Below the pieces are notes generated by a model that was given only the letters and a program-made list of their open reading frames with translations, was not told the DNA's origin and searched no databases. A DNA stretch of 64,000 bases, from positions 60,202,001-60,266,000 of the forward strand of contig OZ076416.1 in the NCBI GenBank assembly GCA_964187785.1, in the 5' to 3' direction. The stretch is from Amphiscolops sp. MND2022 (lineage: Eukaryota). Position numbers and translations under genes: made by a program. Positions 35,958-48,790 of this stretch are shown here, piece by piece (the stretch's first letter is position 1; each line of letters starts with the position of its first letter).

Positions 35958-38900
35958 TGTCGTATTCGGTTCATTCCGGTTTGACCTCAACCGAGTTTCG
36001 GTACACAAAACTATACTATATACTACACTATAAACTTTGGTATCTACGATATAGTCAGCGAACTATAGAAATTATCTTATCTTTTCTTCTAACCTAGAGC
36101 TTAGTTGTTGAGAAGAGAACATTGCTCAGTCAATCAATTTTTGAACGGAACCGGAAAGTATCCAGTTTTTGAACGAATTCACAACGGAACCGGAAAGTAT
36201 CAAAATTCAAGAATTAATCCGGTTATTCACAGAGTACTACCTACCGAAATGCATTTTTTTACCACAATCGCGGAGATTATTTCTGGGCAAAGCAAACGGA
36301 GGATGAGACACCCGAAGAGTTTCGGAGACGACTGATCGAAATCGAAAAAGAAAGCAATTTCGGCCTATTATCAGCCGAAGAACTACTGATATCTAAATAT
36401 AAGACGGCAATCACCGATAAAAAACTACGGAATAAAATGATGAAAGAAAAGACATTGGAAGTGAAAAAAACCATCGAACTAGTCAAACAAAACACATATG
36501 AAAAAAAGTGAGGAAAATACAATACCGGAGGCACTAATTTTGTCGAAAGAAAAACACAATAAAAGAAGAACCGATAAAAAGAATAGAAAAGTTCGGTGCG
36601 ACATCAAAAACCAAACCGACAGGAAATAAATCATGCAGATTTTGCGTGTCACCGAACTGGATACCATTAAACAAATGTCCAGCAATAGAAACAAATTGCA
36701 ACGAATGCGGTAGAAAAAGACATTACGCAAAAGTATGTAAACAAAAATATACCAACAACCAAACACTGAAAAGCCTAACCGAAGAAAAAATTGATGACCG
36801 AGACGAAACATCGAGCGAATCAGAAGAGAGCATACACCACATCAAAGCGATTACGAAAATTGAAGAGAAGAATAAGTATTATACGGCAATAACCAAAATA
36901 AACGGTTGAAAGAAAGAATTCATAATCGACACCGGAACACCGATAACAGTAATGCCACTGAACAGAAACATACAAGAATTAAACGGGTTACAGAAAATCC
37001 TCAACAGATACCAAGACGTGAATAAGAACGAAGTAAACTTTTGAGGAAAAATTCCGGTGGATGTGGAAATCGAAAACAACAAACAAAATATGCATATCTT
37101 GATAACTGAAAGAACAGATATAACACCAATACTCGGAATGGATTGGATTAAGAAAATCAAGTTAACAATCGGTAGAATACATTTGGCCGAAAACAACCAA
37201 CCAGAAGGCGAGAAAATAGTCAATAGATTCCAGATCTGTTTAAAAGCAATGAGACGATAAAAGACACCGAAAAAAAAACATCCAACTAAAACCGCGACAC
37301 TGCTCGGTCAAACAAAAAACCAGACTGGTACGACTTCACCTACCAGAAGATTTAGGACCATAAGTACAAAAACTGATGAAAACCGGGCATTTGGAAAAGA
37401 TCAACGACGTGGATGCAGGTTGCTTTGTATTACTAGTGGTAATAACCGCGTAAAAAGTGATAAATCAGTAAACACAGCATTAGATTCACGGAAGCTAAAT
37501 GATAGCTGTATCAAAGTGAGCCCATATATGCTGAACATGGAGAAGCTACTAAACCAAATTTCAGTAGACATCACCAGTGACCAAACAGCACAACTATTCA
37601 TATCAAAATTTAGCGGATACTACTGATTCAAATAAGGGTTTTACGGCCTTGCCGATATACTCACGATATTCCTAGAAACAATTGACCGAACGCTCGGATA
37701 TAGTACACCAGTTTGGCAAGAGGCCATAATGGTAGTACCCCGGGGAAAAAAGAACATGGGAAAAATTTTTTTTGATATCCTGAGCAAATTGGAAAACGCT
37801 GAATACCAAGCAAGTAAAAGTATATCCGAATTGTTCCTTAATCAAACGAAGTGACTGGGCCACGAAATCGACAAAAACCGAACAAAAACCGAATGAAGAA
37901 AAAGTAGAAGCCATTTTAAATTTGAAACCACCGGAAAATACATTAGAACTGAAATCATTTCTCGGAGCAATCCAATATATTCGCAAAGAACGGACCGACC
38001 CCAAAAACTACTGAAGAAAATTAAAATGTGGAACTGGGGGACCAAACAATAAGACTATTTCGGAAAAAAACAGTTGAGTTGCTGGCCGAAGGCCCATGTC
38101 TAGCACACTTTGCAAAAGTTAAAGAAAACATAGTAACGACCGATGCTAGTAAAACGGGACTAGGTATCACACTAAGGCAAAAACAAGACGACGGAAATAC
38201 AAAACCGATAGCATACAGATGTCGATACTTGAATGATAACGAAAAGAAACATTCCGTCTGTGATTAAGAATTACTGGCGGTGGTATGGGGATTAGAAAAA
38301 GTCCGATTTTATTTATACGGGAAAAAATGACCTTTATACCGACCACCAAGCACTAGAACATTTGATAAAGAGAAACCGAAGCAATAAACAATACAGCGCG
38401 AGATTAACGAGATGGCTGAATCACCTCACTCATGTCGATATAGAACACAGCATATCGCAGGCAGCAATTTGAAGTTCACCAACTATCTCAGTAGAAATCC
38501 GGTAGGAGGAGCCATGCCGGGAGAAAATTATGATGAAGGAAGCGTAATCAACATCCTCCTGAACAAGCAGCTTTAAATCTAAAACATAGACAGTTAATGG
38601 TGGACCAATCAAAATGCAGCAAAACCACAACCGAAAGAAAGAAGAACGATTCCGTGAATAAAATTGAGCACCAAACGAACCAATTAGAAGCGAATGGAGT
38701 GTTCGGAACACAAACCACGTGAACCGAACAAAATAAAATGACAACATCCGTGTAGTCCGGTAAAAGCTCAGCTCTTTGAAAAGCAGTAATTCGTTCAAAG
38801 ATAAAGAAATTGAGAAAAAGGATCTCGAAAATTATAACCATTTGGGGGCTACCAGAGAGATATTGGACCTTATTAGAAGGAGAAACCACAGCCTCTAGAC

Positions 38901-41334
38901 AAAAAGAGTAATGGAACAACGAAATGCGCCATCCCGACCGGGAACATTGAGACGTCGGTACGACCACCGAACACAAAGAACCATAATTGCACCATCCCGA
39001 CCCAACAAGCGCAGTAGAGAAGAGATTGCCGAGATTGATGCCGAACTTATCCGGAAAGTAAACAGAATAGGAGGCAGTTATCACCCGATAAAAATTAAAG
39101 AAGACCAAGAAGACCGGAAGAAATACGGAAAGAAGGTGTGATTGAACAAGCAGCTGAGACCGAAAAAGACAGAGTAATTGAATTTTACAAATTTTTACAA
39201 TTAGACAATTTACCGATCGTCGATCTGACCAAATACAACACGGACGGTAAAGATGCAAAGTACATACAGATAAATCACATCGTCGGAAAACTCACCACAA
39301 ACAAAAAAGCAACCGAAGACCCCATCAAAAAGGCGGAATTCGAGTTTATGATGGACCTAAAAACAGCAATCGACCCGGAACTAAACCGAGCCAGAAACAG
39401 CATACGCCGAGAGGACAGTGAGATGATACCGGACGGCTACCGAGCAATTTCCGGCAAACTCTCAATCAGATGGGGCCTCATATTCGTCGACGACTAGATC
39501 GTCATTCCGATAGATCTTAGAAGACGACTTTTGGACATTCTGCACTTCGCTCAATCCGGCATTACCAAAATGACGTCAGACGCGGAACTATTCTGGTGGC
39601 CGGGCACGAAAAAAGACATCAAGAACAAGGTCAAAGACTGCATTGCATGTTTAGCATCAGGTAAAAACCTTGAATATCAATTACCGAAAAAACATAACAA
39701 AAAAGTATGAAAATTATCCGAATCCAGCCAAGAAAAACCAATCGATTTTACCGGAAAGTTACATAGTAAAAACCTCCACGGTGAAGTACAAATACTAATA
39801 GTGGTAGATATATTTAGCAAATGGCATACGGTAAAACTTTGCAAAATCTCAGCAGCAAAAGAGGTGATAAATTAACAAACAAAGTATTTTCAATTTGTAC
39901 AGAACACCCGAAAAAAATAAAATTCGTCAAGGGGGGGCAATTTCGAAGGAATATAAACAATTTTGCAAAAACCGAAACGTCGAAATAGGTTATTGCACAC
40001 CCCGAATGCCCACCGGAAACGGAGTAGTCGAAAAATTGAAACAAACATTTAAAACATTGATGATAGCGAACCTAGAAGACTGTTTCACAATACATACGGG
40101 ACTAAAAATAACACCGTTCGACACACATGACGGAAGAAAACCGAGAACCGAATTAACGAATATCGTTAAAAACGGAAAAACTATTCTAATTGGTCGGAAA
40201 TGACATTTTTAGCACCGAGCAGACCGAAAATACTTATTTATGTGGGCCGTGATGTGAAAGGAGAGATAACCAACCACATAATAATGGCAAAAACGAAGAC
40301 CGAGGAGAGACACCAGAACAAAAGACAGAAGTCATCGAAAAGGAAAAATTTGGTTAGATATTCTTTCTATTTTGTTGAAACGACTTACAACAAAATATCA
40401 AGAGAAGCAAAATTTCAAAATGAAATACAAGTAAGCGGGACAGAAAGGACCGTGAAAACGGAAACTAGAAAAACAATATACCGAAAGATTATTTAGGGTC
40501 CTTTATTCCAGACCGAACGAAGAACGAAAATGGAGCCGGCAACCATTACAAACGTTGAAATAACCCCGTAAAACAAACATTGTTTAAGGGGCTTGGACGG
40601 CAAGTACGGACGCTGGGACGCAATACACCGTGACATATTAAACCGAAAACCGAAGATCGTCCAACACCGGAAAGCGATGAATACCGATACCGAAGAAGAC
40701 GATGATGTCGAGGACGACGGAGAATTGCCGGAAGAAAACGGGACACCGAATATTTATGACACTTCCGAAGGCGACGGAAGATATGCACCCATACGGACAA
40801 ATTTGGAAAAGCATGCACTACAGATACACACAGACGGTGAGCTAACTGGTGAGAATTCAAAAACAAACATAAGACAATCAAACCGATAGAGTAAACGACC
40901 GAATAGATACATACGCCAGGAAACCATACACTGGAAATTTTTGGGGCTAAACAATATAATGAAAACATGTAATATTTATATTACCGGAAACCCGTGGACC
41001 AGAGTGAAGGAACGCCACTACCGGAGGAGATACAAAAGCCCTCAGTTTACTTACCCCGAGACGAAACACCACCCGGTCCCTCACACCGAAATTGAGAAGG
41101 AGAACAGAGAGGGGGGAATGTCACATTCAGTTCATTCCGGTTTGACCTCCACCGAGTTTCGGTACAAAAACTGTATGTCTAGCCTACCTGCTTGTTGATA
41201 TACAAAACTTTGTAAAACATTAAATTCGATACTACACAATATACTTTTGGTATCTACGACATAGTCAGCGAACTATAGAAATTATCTTAACCTTTTTTTT
41301 AACCTAGACCTTAGTTGCTGAGAATAGAACAACA
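35958..41334 (+). mobile_element. Ty3/Gypsy LTR retrotransposon C, heavily decayed
   Basis: LTRs 35958-36121 and 41119-41334 (the 3' copy has a ~50-bp insertion), PPT AGAGAGGGGGGAA, CNECGRKRHYAKVC knuckle, FIIDTGTP protease, VTTDASKTGLG RNase H, HFAQSGITKM..CIAC integrase; no TSD recognised. Confidence 0.85.
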
Positions 41335-41595
41335 TGCCTCTCAATACTAATCGCACTATCCTTAGATAGTATCATTGTATCCATTCTTTTATTCGTGGTT
41401 GTGAAATTGCATTTATGTCACTTAGTCGCCTCACTTGATGTGTAATAATTAACTTTCAAATTGCTTCTTCATCCTTAAAAAACCCGAAAATAGCTTAAGA
41501 GTAGCAAAACAAACCCTGAAGAAGGCGAATATTGAAAGTATTGAAAGATCCGTGATTTGCTTGTCACATTTATCCCCACCGCCTTCGATTGAGAT

Positions 41596-42145
41596 TGTTG
41601 GCACATCACATCACAATGATAGCGCAGTAATTATTAGTCCACTTAGCACAGTGGATCAGTCTCTGTGAATCGGTCTGCGCGAGTTCGAATCTGCGACAGT
41701 GCTATTTTTTGTTTGTTTGTTTTTTCATTCTTTGACCTTTAATTTCTGATCAATCACTTTACTTGACATTAATAATATTGCTCTTTTCTCATTTATAACA
41801 TTTATTGATTGATGATCACTTATTCACCGTTTAAATGCTCAATAATGTAAACGTATATAAACAACCTGCTGAAACTTTTTTGTTGCCCTCGGGCTGTAAA
41901 TGTCATTCATGTTTCCTAATAACCAGTAAACAACCAGCCTTCAAAATTTCACTCTTCTCCTTTCATTTTGCTTTCATTTTGCCATCATACACACAGTCAA
42001 AAAACGTTCTCGAACATAGATTTTTTGTCTTTAGTCAAGACACAAATCAAAATAGTTTGAACTCTATCTTTGAGCTCCTTCCATCTTCTTAGTTTGAACT
42101 CTTTCTTGAGTTCCCCCGTTGTAGCTTGAGAGCTACCCCGAAACA
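41596..42145 (+). repeat. 5' LTR of the BEL element
   Basis: TGTTGG...CGAAACA; TATATAAA at 41854-41861. Confidence 0.95.
41637..41710 (+). ncRNA. tRNA-like Pol III cassette in the BEL 5' LTR (A-box, B-box, T6)
   Basis: TAGCACAGTGG 41644-41654, AGTTCGAATCT 41682-41692, TTTTTT 41705-41710; not a canonical cloverleaf. Confidence 0.5.
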
Positions 42146-42146
42146 T

Positions 42147-42164
42147 TGGTGACCTCAACGTGAT
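42147..42164 (+). promoter_or_regulatory. Primer-binding site, tRNA-Trp
   Basis: TGGTGACCTCAACGTGAT versus TGGTGACCCCGACGTGAT, the complement of the tRNA-Trp 3' end (16/18). Confidence 0.85.
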
Positions 42165-45100
42165 GTCAACAGCAGATGCTCCAGGAGGTTTAGACGGCTC
42201 TGGTGGTGTGCAGAAGTTGGCTCAATTGAAGCGATCAAGAGGGGCTCATCGTGGTGTCCTCACAACACGGGCTACAGCAATCCGGCAAGCCGGTGGAGCA
42301 CTCGAGGATGTTGACAGAGACGGATTCACAGATTCAACAACTCATGGAAGAAGACGTTGAACTAGATGTTGATGTGGATGAAGCTGCAGATGGGTTCCTG
42401 GCTGCAGAAAGGGCAGTGAAGTGGTGTCAGGCCAGGATCAAGGAGTTCCAGCCTCCAAGCCCAAGCGCCGCAGCGGCACCATCAAGTGGTAACCTGACTA
42501 CGAAGCTTCCCAATTTGACTCTTCCTTCATTCAGCGGCGAGTATACGCAGTGGGTCTCCTTCTGGGACCAATTTACAACACTGGTTGACAGCAAGCGTGA
42601 CATCACCAACGTTGAGAAGCTCTCTTACCTCAAGTTGGCTCTGAAGGGTGATGCAGCCCAGATAGTTTCATCTTTGTTGGTCACTGATGCGAACTACGAT
42701 ATCGCCAAGCGAAAGTTAGAGGAGCGCTTCAACAACAAGCGTTCAATTGTGAAAGCGCACTTAGCCTCAATTCATGCCCTACCAGCTATCAAAAGGGAGT
42801 CAAGTGTTGAATAGCGCAAGTTGTTGAAGTCGACCAATGAACATGTGCAAGCACTAGAAGCCTTAAGGCTTCCTGTCGATCATTGGGATGCAATACTTGT
42901 GTACTGGCTGTTGGACAAACTGAATGCTGAGTCAAGGAAGCAGTTTGAATTGGCTCATCCTGGCACAGATGTGTTAACATTCAAAGAGTTAACTACATTC
43001 ATGGACAGACGAAGTCGTGCATTGGAATCCAGTGGTGACCAGCCTGAAGCTTCTACCCCCAAGAGGACTCCTAAGAAGGTGCTTGAAGAAGCCTACTCCT
43101 CAACTGTTGATCACTCCACGAGTTGTCAGATGAAAGAACGCAATGGGTCACACTCAATCTCTCAGTGTGATCGCTACAAGCAGCTGGGCACACGTGAGGG
43201 AAAGACAGTGGTGAGGAAGCTCAAACTGTGCATGAACTGTCTGGGGCGGCATTTCGTGGCTGATTGTCTTTCGAAGTTCAGCTGCCGCACTTGCAGTGGG
43301 AGACATCATACATCACTACACTTTGATCGTCCAGTCGAACAGCAAAGTGGTGTGACGAGTGGTGCAACATTCAGTGGTTCCTCTGTGCTTCTCTCAACAG
43401 CAATGGTTGGCATAGATGACACAGCTGGAAACACATTGATGTTTCGAGCCTTGCTGGACTCTGGGTTTCAAAACATCCTTCATCACAGCAAAGGCTGCAT
43501 CAAACCTCAATCTTGCACGTTCAACAGTAGACGTGAAGATCTCTGGGATTGGTGGACGGCAACAAGCAGCCAAGGAGTCTATCAGTCTCCTAGTTGGTCC
43601 ACAAAAGTTGCCTGTTACAGCACTAGTGCTGAACTCAATCGCAGGTAATATACCTTCTCAATCAATTAATTTAAAACAATTAAAATCAATGAAAAGTGTA
43701 GCACTAGCAGACAAAAACTTCCATCAACCTGGCTCCGTTCAATTGCTGTTGGGCGCGGATGTGTACGAGGATTTCTTTCTGGACGAGGTGTAGAAGGATC
43801 ATGGGCTTCACTATCGCAAGTCTATCTTTGGCTGGGTGGTCACTGGAGTGTTGTCCCAAGTGCGTGCCTACCAATGTCAATCCTTTCAAGTTGCAGTGGA
43901 ACTGGACCTTGCTCGCTTCTGGGAAGTTGAAGAGATTCCTCGGAAGAAGCCGATGCCCAAAGAAAATCGTCAATGTGTGGATCATTACGACACAACAACC
44001 TATGTTGCTGAAGATGGCCGCATCACTGTTCGTCTGCCTTTCAAATCTGAGGTACGTCCCTCGAACAACTTCCAAACAGCCAAGCAGAGATTGTTCGCCT
44101 TAAAACGAAAACTCAAGGATCATGATGATGTGAAGCAGCAGTACCGTGATTTATCAAGGAATTTGTGGATATGGGTCATCTTGAACAAGCGCCTCAGACG
44201 TCTGGTTTGTGTTACTACTTACCCCATCACTGTGTGTTAAAGGATAGCACAACGACCAAACTCCGTGTCCTGTTCGATGCTAGCAGCAAGTCCCCGAATG
44301 GCAACTCGCTGAACGACTGCCTATTACATTGACCCCGCTTGCAGGACGATGTGTTCGATATCCTCATTCGATTTCGCCTCCATCAATTTGCACTATCGGC
44401 AGATGTGGCAAAGATGTACCGGCAAGTGGCTTTAGACGAATCAGATCGGGATTTCCATAGATTTCTGTGGCGTGACTACGTGACAGACAAGATCCGAGAA
44501 TTGCGCATGACTCGTGTGACGTATGATGTTGCCAGCTCCTCCTACCAATCAACCCGAGCACTTCAAGAGTGTGGCAAAACTCATGGACCCAATCCGAACA
44601 CAGTGGATGTTATTCTCAACGACTTCTGGGTTGATGACTTACTGAGTGGGGCTGATACACTGGAGGAAGCATGCGTGCTTCAAGACAATCTGATTGAAAC
44701 GCTGCACAAGAACTGTCTCCCACTACGCAAGTGGAGCAGCAACGAACCCCAACTGGTCACTCGTCTTCCCAAAGACCTTCAAAAGCTGGCAGGGCCTATG
44801 AAATCAACGACAAAACCCATCAAATCAAAACTTGGACTGACGTGGCATCCTCTAGAGGATCACTTTGTGTACGCATTTAGTAGTGAGTATGTTTTAATCA
44901 TTACCACACGAACTTTACTCAGTGATGTTTCAAAGCATTTTGATCCAATTGGCCTCATAGCCCCAGTTCTCGTAGTAGCCAAGGTCATCATTCAATCTTG
45001 CTGGAAGCTGGATCTCGAATGGAATGTTGCAGTTCCAGATGGTGTGTCACGGGCATACACAAACACGGGCTTACACGGGCACCATGGAAAGATGACATGA

Positions 45101-47201
45101 GCTCGCTATCACAACTCAAGATACCCCGGAAGGTGCTGCCAACCCACTTGTACGACGAAGCATCCTTGCAAGTCTTCTGTGATGCCTCGGAAAAGGTATA
45201 TGGTGCCTGTGTCTATCTGGTGTCACTCAAAGATGATATTGTCTCCTCAACCCTCATCTCCTCTAAATGCAAGGTGGCTCCGATTAAACCTTCAACTCTC
45301 TCACGACTCGAGCTCTTGGCAATTCACACTGGTGCCAAACTTGCATCAGCAGTCAAGGGGGCACTATCAAAATCAAAACACGCATCGAACATCTCTGTGC
45401 TGTACTCAGACTCAACAATCGCCCTCTCATGGATCAAGGCAGACCCTGCTCGATGGCATACGTTTGTGTCGAATCGCGTGTCCCAAATTCAGTCAATGCT
45501 CCCAACAACTGAATTCATTCACGTATCCTCAGAAGAAAACCCAGCAGATCTGTGCTCACGCGGACTGCTAGCAACGCAATTGGTGGCTCAGCAGACGTTC
45601 TGGTTTCAAGGGCCATCGTGGTTGGGATCATCATTTCCTGACCAACCTCAGACTCTCCTCACAAAGGAGGAAGCCCGCCAAGAAGTCAAAACATTGACAG
45701 TGCCAACTTCGCCCAGTAATTCGTTAGTAGACTTGGACAATTTCAACTCACTAGTGAAGTCGTTAAGAACACTGTGCCTTTGCAGAGTAGCGTTTAAGAA
45801 AGATTTCAAGGCGATCTTTGGTCGGGGGAAATGGCTCTCGCCTTACTTGCGGTGGTCAAAGCAGATCAAATGGTGCACTTTGAAGCTGAATTACGAGCCC
45901 TTTCAAATGGCGAGTCCATCAACCCGAAAAGCTCAATAGCACCCCTCTACCCATTCATGGTTAATGGTGTCATCAGGGTCGGCGGCAGATTGGCCCACGG
46001 GTACTCAATGACCGACGATCAGAGGTTCCCGTTACTTGAGTCACACCGAAGCAAACTGGCTACACTTGCAATCAACGATGCCCAAGTGCCAACCCTTCAT
46101 GGTGGTCCCACAGCAACAGTGGCCGAATTGAGACGGCAAATCTGGGTCACTCAGGAAATGAAGAAAGCGTCCGCAGGCATTAAAAAGTGTGTCACCTGCT
46201 TCCGATTCAATTCAGGGCCAACGCAGCAGCTCATGGGTGACTTGCCCTCCAGTCGTATCGAAGCCCCCGAACGTGCTTTCTCCTGTGTAGGCCTCGACTT
46301 CGCAGGACCTCTAACGTTCAAGAGTGGAAATGAATGCGTCAAGGGTTATGCAGCTCTTTTTGTATGTTTTGCATCAAAAGCTGTTCACTTAGAAGCAGTA
46401 TCATCACTGACGTCAGATGCGATGGTGGCAGCTATGAGACTATTCATTGCAAGACGAGGCATCCCCAGTCAAAGTGTGTCCGACAAGGCAACCAACTTCG
46501 TGGGTGCAAGGCGTGACCTCAACGAATTGGAGAAGTTGGTCAAGGCAGGGGCACAATCATACAACAGCATTGAATGACTCTTCATTCCTCCTAGCTCACC
46601 CAACATCGGCGGACTATGGGAAGCAGCGATGAAGTCGATGAAGCACCATTTGCGTAGAGTCATGGTCAATTCCATTCTCACTTACGAGGAGATGACAACC
46701 ATTCTATGCCAAATAGAACAAGTCTTGAACAATCATCCCTTGATGGCTCTCACAAACAACCCTGATGACACCTTTGCACTGACCCCGTCAATGCTAGTCA
46801 ATGGCAGCCTATTGGATGCTATCCCACAGCCCTGTTTGCAGAAGATGGATGCCCGCGGGCATCCAGCAAAACGATTTCGCGCTCTTCAACAGCTACTCTC
46901 TCAATTCTGGAAGCGATGGGCTTCTGAGTATGTAGCATCACTTCAGCCGCGAGGCAAATGGCAACAAGAGCGTGCAAACCTTCCAGTTGACGACGTAGTG
47001 CTGATCACAGACGATGGCATTCCACCACTGCAGTTGAGTATTGGTCGAGTGATGCAATTGAAGCTTGGTCATGATGGCTTAGCTCGCGTGGCATTGGGGA
47101 GAACATCGCGCGGTGAATTGACAAGACCTGTCAGCAAGCTGAGAGGTCTACCAATTAGGGACAATGACCTCCACAGTGCAAACACTGAATGCACACAATG
47201 A
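42163..47201 (+). pseudogene. BEL/Pao gag-pol polyprotein (DUF1759-type gag, knuckles, protease, RT, RNase H, integrase) with stops and frameshifts
   Basis: KLPNLTLPSFSGEYTQWVSFWDQF, CMNCLGRH..DC..CRTCSGRHHTSLH, RALLDSG, FALSADVAKMYRQV, WVDDLLSG, VFCDASEKVYGACVY, NPADLCSRG, GLDFAGP, SDKATNFVGA, GGLWEAAMKSMK. Confidence 0.95.
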
Positions 47202-47228
47202 GTAGCAGCATGAATGACAATGAAACTG

Positions 47229-47317
47229 CGTGCTGTTGCTTAGTGGCTAACGTTGAAGCAATAGTGACCCATCAGAGATCCACCAGGTCGGTGGTTCGAG
47301 CCCTGCCCACGACACCA
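47229..47317 (+). ncRNA. tRNA-like sequence 1 in the BEL 3' non-coding region, ending in an encoded ACCA
   Basis: A-box TTGCTTAGTGG 47236-47246, AGGTC variable-loop-like segment, B-box GGTTCGAGCCC 47293-47303, 3' CCACGAC-ACCA; stems imperfect. Confidence 0.5.
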
Positions 47318-47390
47318 CTCCTGCCTCGCTCTGGCGAGTAGGTTCCAATTTCCTAAAGGAACTTTGCTCAGATCTGGATTCTTTCCTCAC

Positions 47391-47423
47391 GGGAGGGATT
47401 AAGGGGGGGGGGCGAGGGAGGGG
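47391..47423 (+). other. G-rich tract with G-quadruplex potential
   Basis: GGGAGGGATTAAGGGGGGGGGCGAGGGAGGGGG. Confidence 0.6.
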
Positions 47424-47546
47424 GCCGAGCGAGGAGGTTTAGTGTCTGAAGAGAAGAATGAAAGAAACCCGCCAATATTTTAATTTTTTAACTGCAGCCA
47501 CATACACCCAAATCAAATACCCAAAGTACATCCAATCCCCGTGTGT

Positions 47547-47624
47547 ATGATGATGGTGCAGTGGTGATTTCAACATTCCCTCTTCAGAAGGTCTGGAGTT
47601 CGAATCCCCGAAACACAATATTTT
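47547..47624 (+). ncRNA. tRNA-like sequence 2 in the BEL 3' non-coding region
   Basis: A-box TGGTGCAGTGG 47554-47564, TCAGA-AGGTC, B-box AGTTCGAATCC 47597-47607, TTTT 47621-47624. Confidence 0.5.
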
Positions 47625-47751
47625 GTCCTCTTTGAATTTGAACTCATGACAATTGCTATTTGTATTATTATCGAGTGGTAGCTATTCAAACTGTATTAGA
47701 ACGAGTGCTTACCATATATTCAATGAAGCTGATACTTCATGGCCGGCGGGA

Positions 47752-48295
47752 TGTTGGCGTATGACATCACAATGATCGCGCAGTAATTATTAGTCCTCTT
47801 AGCACAGTGGATCAATCTTTGCTTTCGAATCGGTCTGCGCGAGTTCGAATCTGCGACAGTGCTATTTTTTGTTTCTTTGTTTATTCATTCTTTGACCTTT
47901 AATACTTGATCAATCACTTCACTTGACATTAATAATATTGTTCTTTTCTCATTTATAATCTTTATCGATTGATGATCACTTATTCACCGCTTAAATGCTC
48001 AATAATGTAAACGTATATAAACAACCTGCTGAAAACGTTTTGTTGCCCTCGGGCTGTAAATGTCATTTATGTTTCCTAATAACCAGTCAACAACCAGCCT
48101 TCGAATTTTCGCTCTTCTTCTTTCATTTTGCTTATCATACACACCGTCAATAAACGTTCTCAAACATTGATCTCTTGTCTTGAGTCAAGACCCAAATCAC
48201 AATAGTTTGAACTCTATTTTTGAGTTCCTTCAATCTTCTTAGTTCGAACTCTTTCTTGAGTTCCCCCGTTGTAGCTTGAGAGCTACCCCGAAACA
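47752..48295 (+). repeat. 3' LTR of the BEL element (Pol III-like cassette at 47793-47870)
   Basis: Direct repeat of 41596-42145; A-box 47800-47810, B-box 47842-47852, T6 47865-47870. Confidence 0.95.
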
Positions 48296-48639
48296 GAGAT
48301 GATTCGTCTTTTCTCTCGGAGTTAATAAAATGTAGATGCTCAGCCAGTCCTTGTCTTGTGCATGGTACCTACGGGTTTAATTGAGTTGTATTGGAGCAAT
48401 TCGCAACAAATTGCTAAAGCTGCTGTAAATCAAAAATCCTACAGGATAGAATTTAAAAAGTTGTCATGACAAAAATTTTCATCTGAATAAAAACTGTCAC
48501 AGTAATAGTTGGGCCCATTTTCTTCTAAAGTGCGCAGGTCAAAAACTCTTGATCGATAGATCCGATTAGGCTGAAATATCAGCTCGACAGTACTAGCTTA
48601 TGGCAGCAAAAAGAATGTATTTCGTATGTTCTATACATC

Positions 48640-48790
48640 GCAAGATATTGCGGGGTCTTGGCAACATCTTGGCCTACATCCTGTCAGGATCAGGCAACAT
48701 GTTGCTGGAAATGCGGCGATTGTGTCAAGATTGTCGAGATTTCACGGAGATCTTGCCAAGGTTCCAAAGGTTTGAACGTAACATCAAGAA
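48640..48790. repeat. Degenerate CAAGATCTTG-family MITE fragment
   Basis: gcaagatattgc...tcttggcaacatcttgg...catcctgtcaggatc...gatcttgccaag resembles 59560-59672. Confidence 0.45.

Larger units (their letters stand above)
41596..48295 (+). mobile_element. BEL/Pao LTR retrotransposon, full length, decayed
   Basis: LTRs 41596-42145 and 47752-48295 (about 90% identical), perfect TSD GAGAT (41591-41595, 48296-48300), PBS, PPT GGCCGGCGGGA. Confidence 0.95.

Noticed and set aside
47577-47591. Possible UCA (opal suppressor or Sec) anticodon loop CCT-CTTCAGA-AGG in tRNA-like unit 2
   Set aside because: The stem is only 3 bp, and canonical numbering from the T-arm places TCAGA in the anticodon stem 3' strand and AGGTC in the variable loop, so no anticodon can be assigned.
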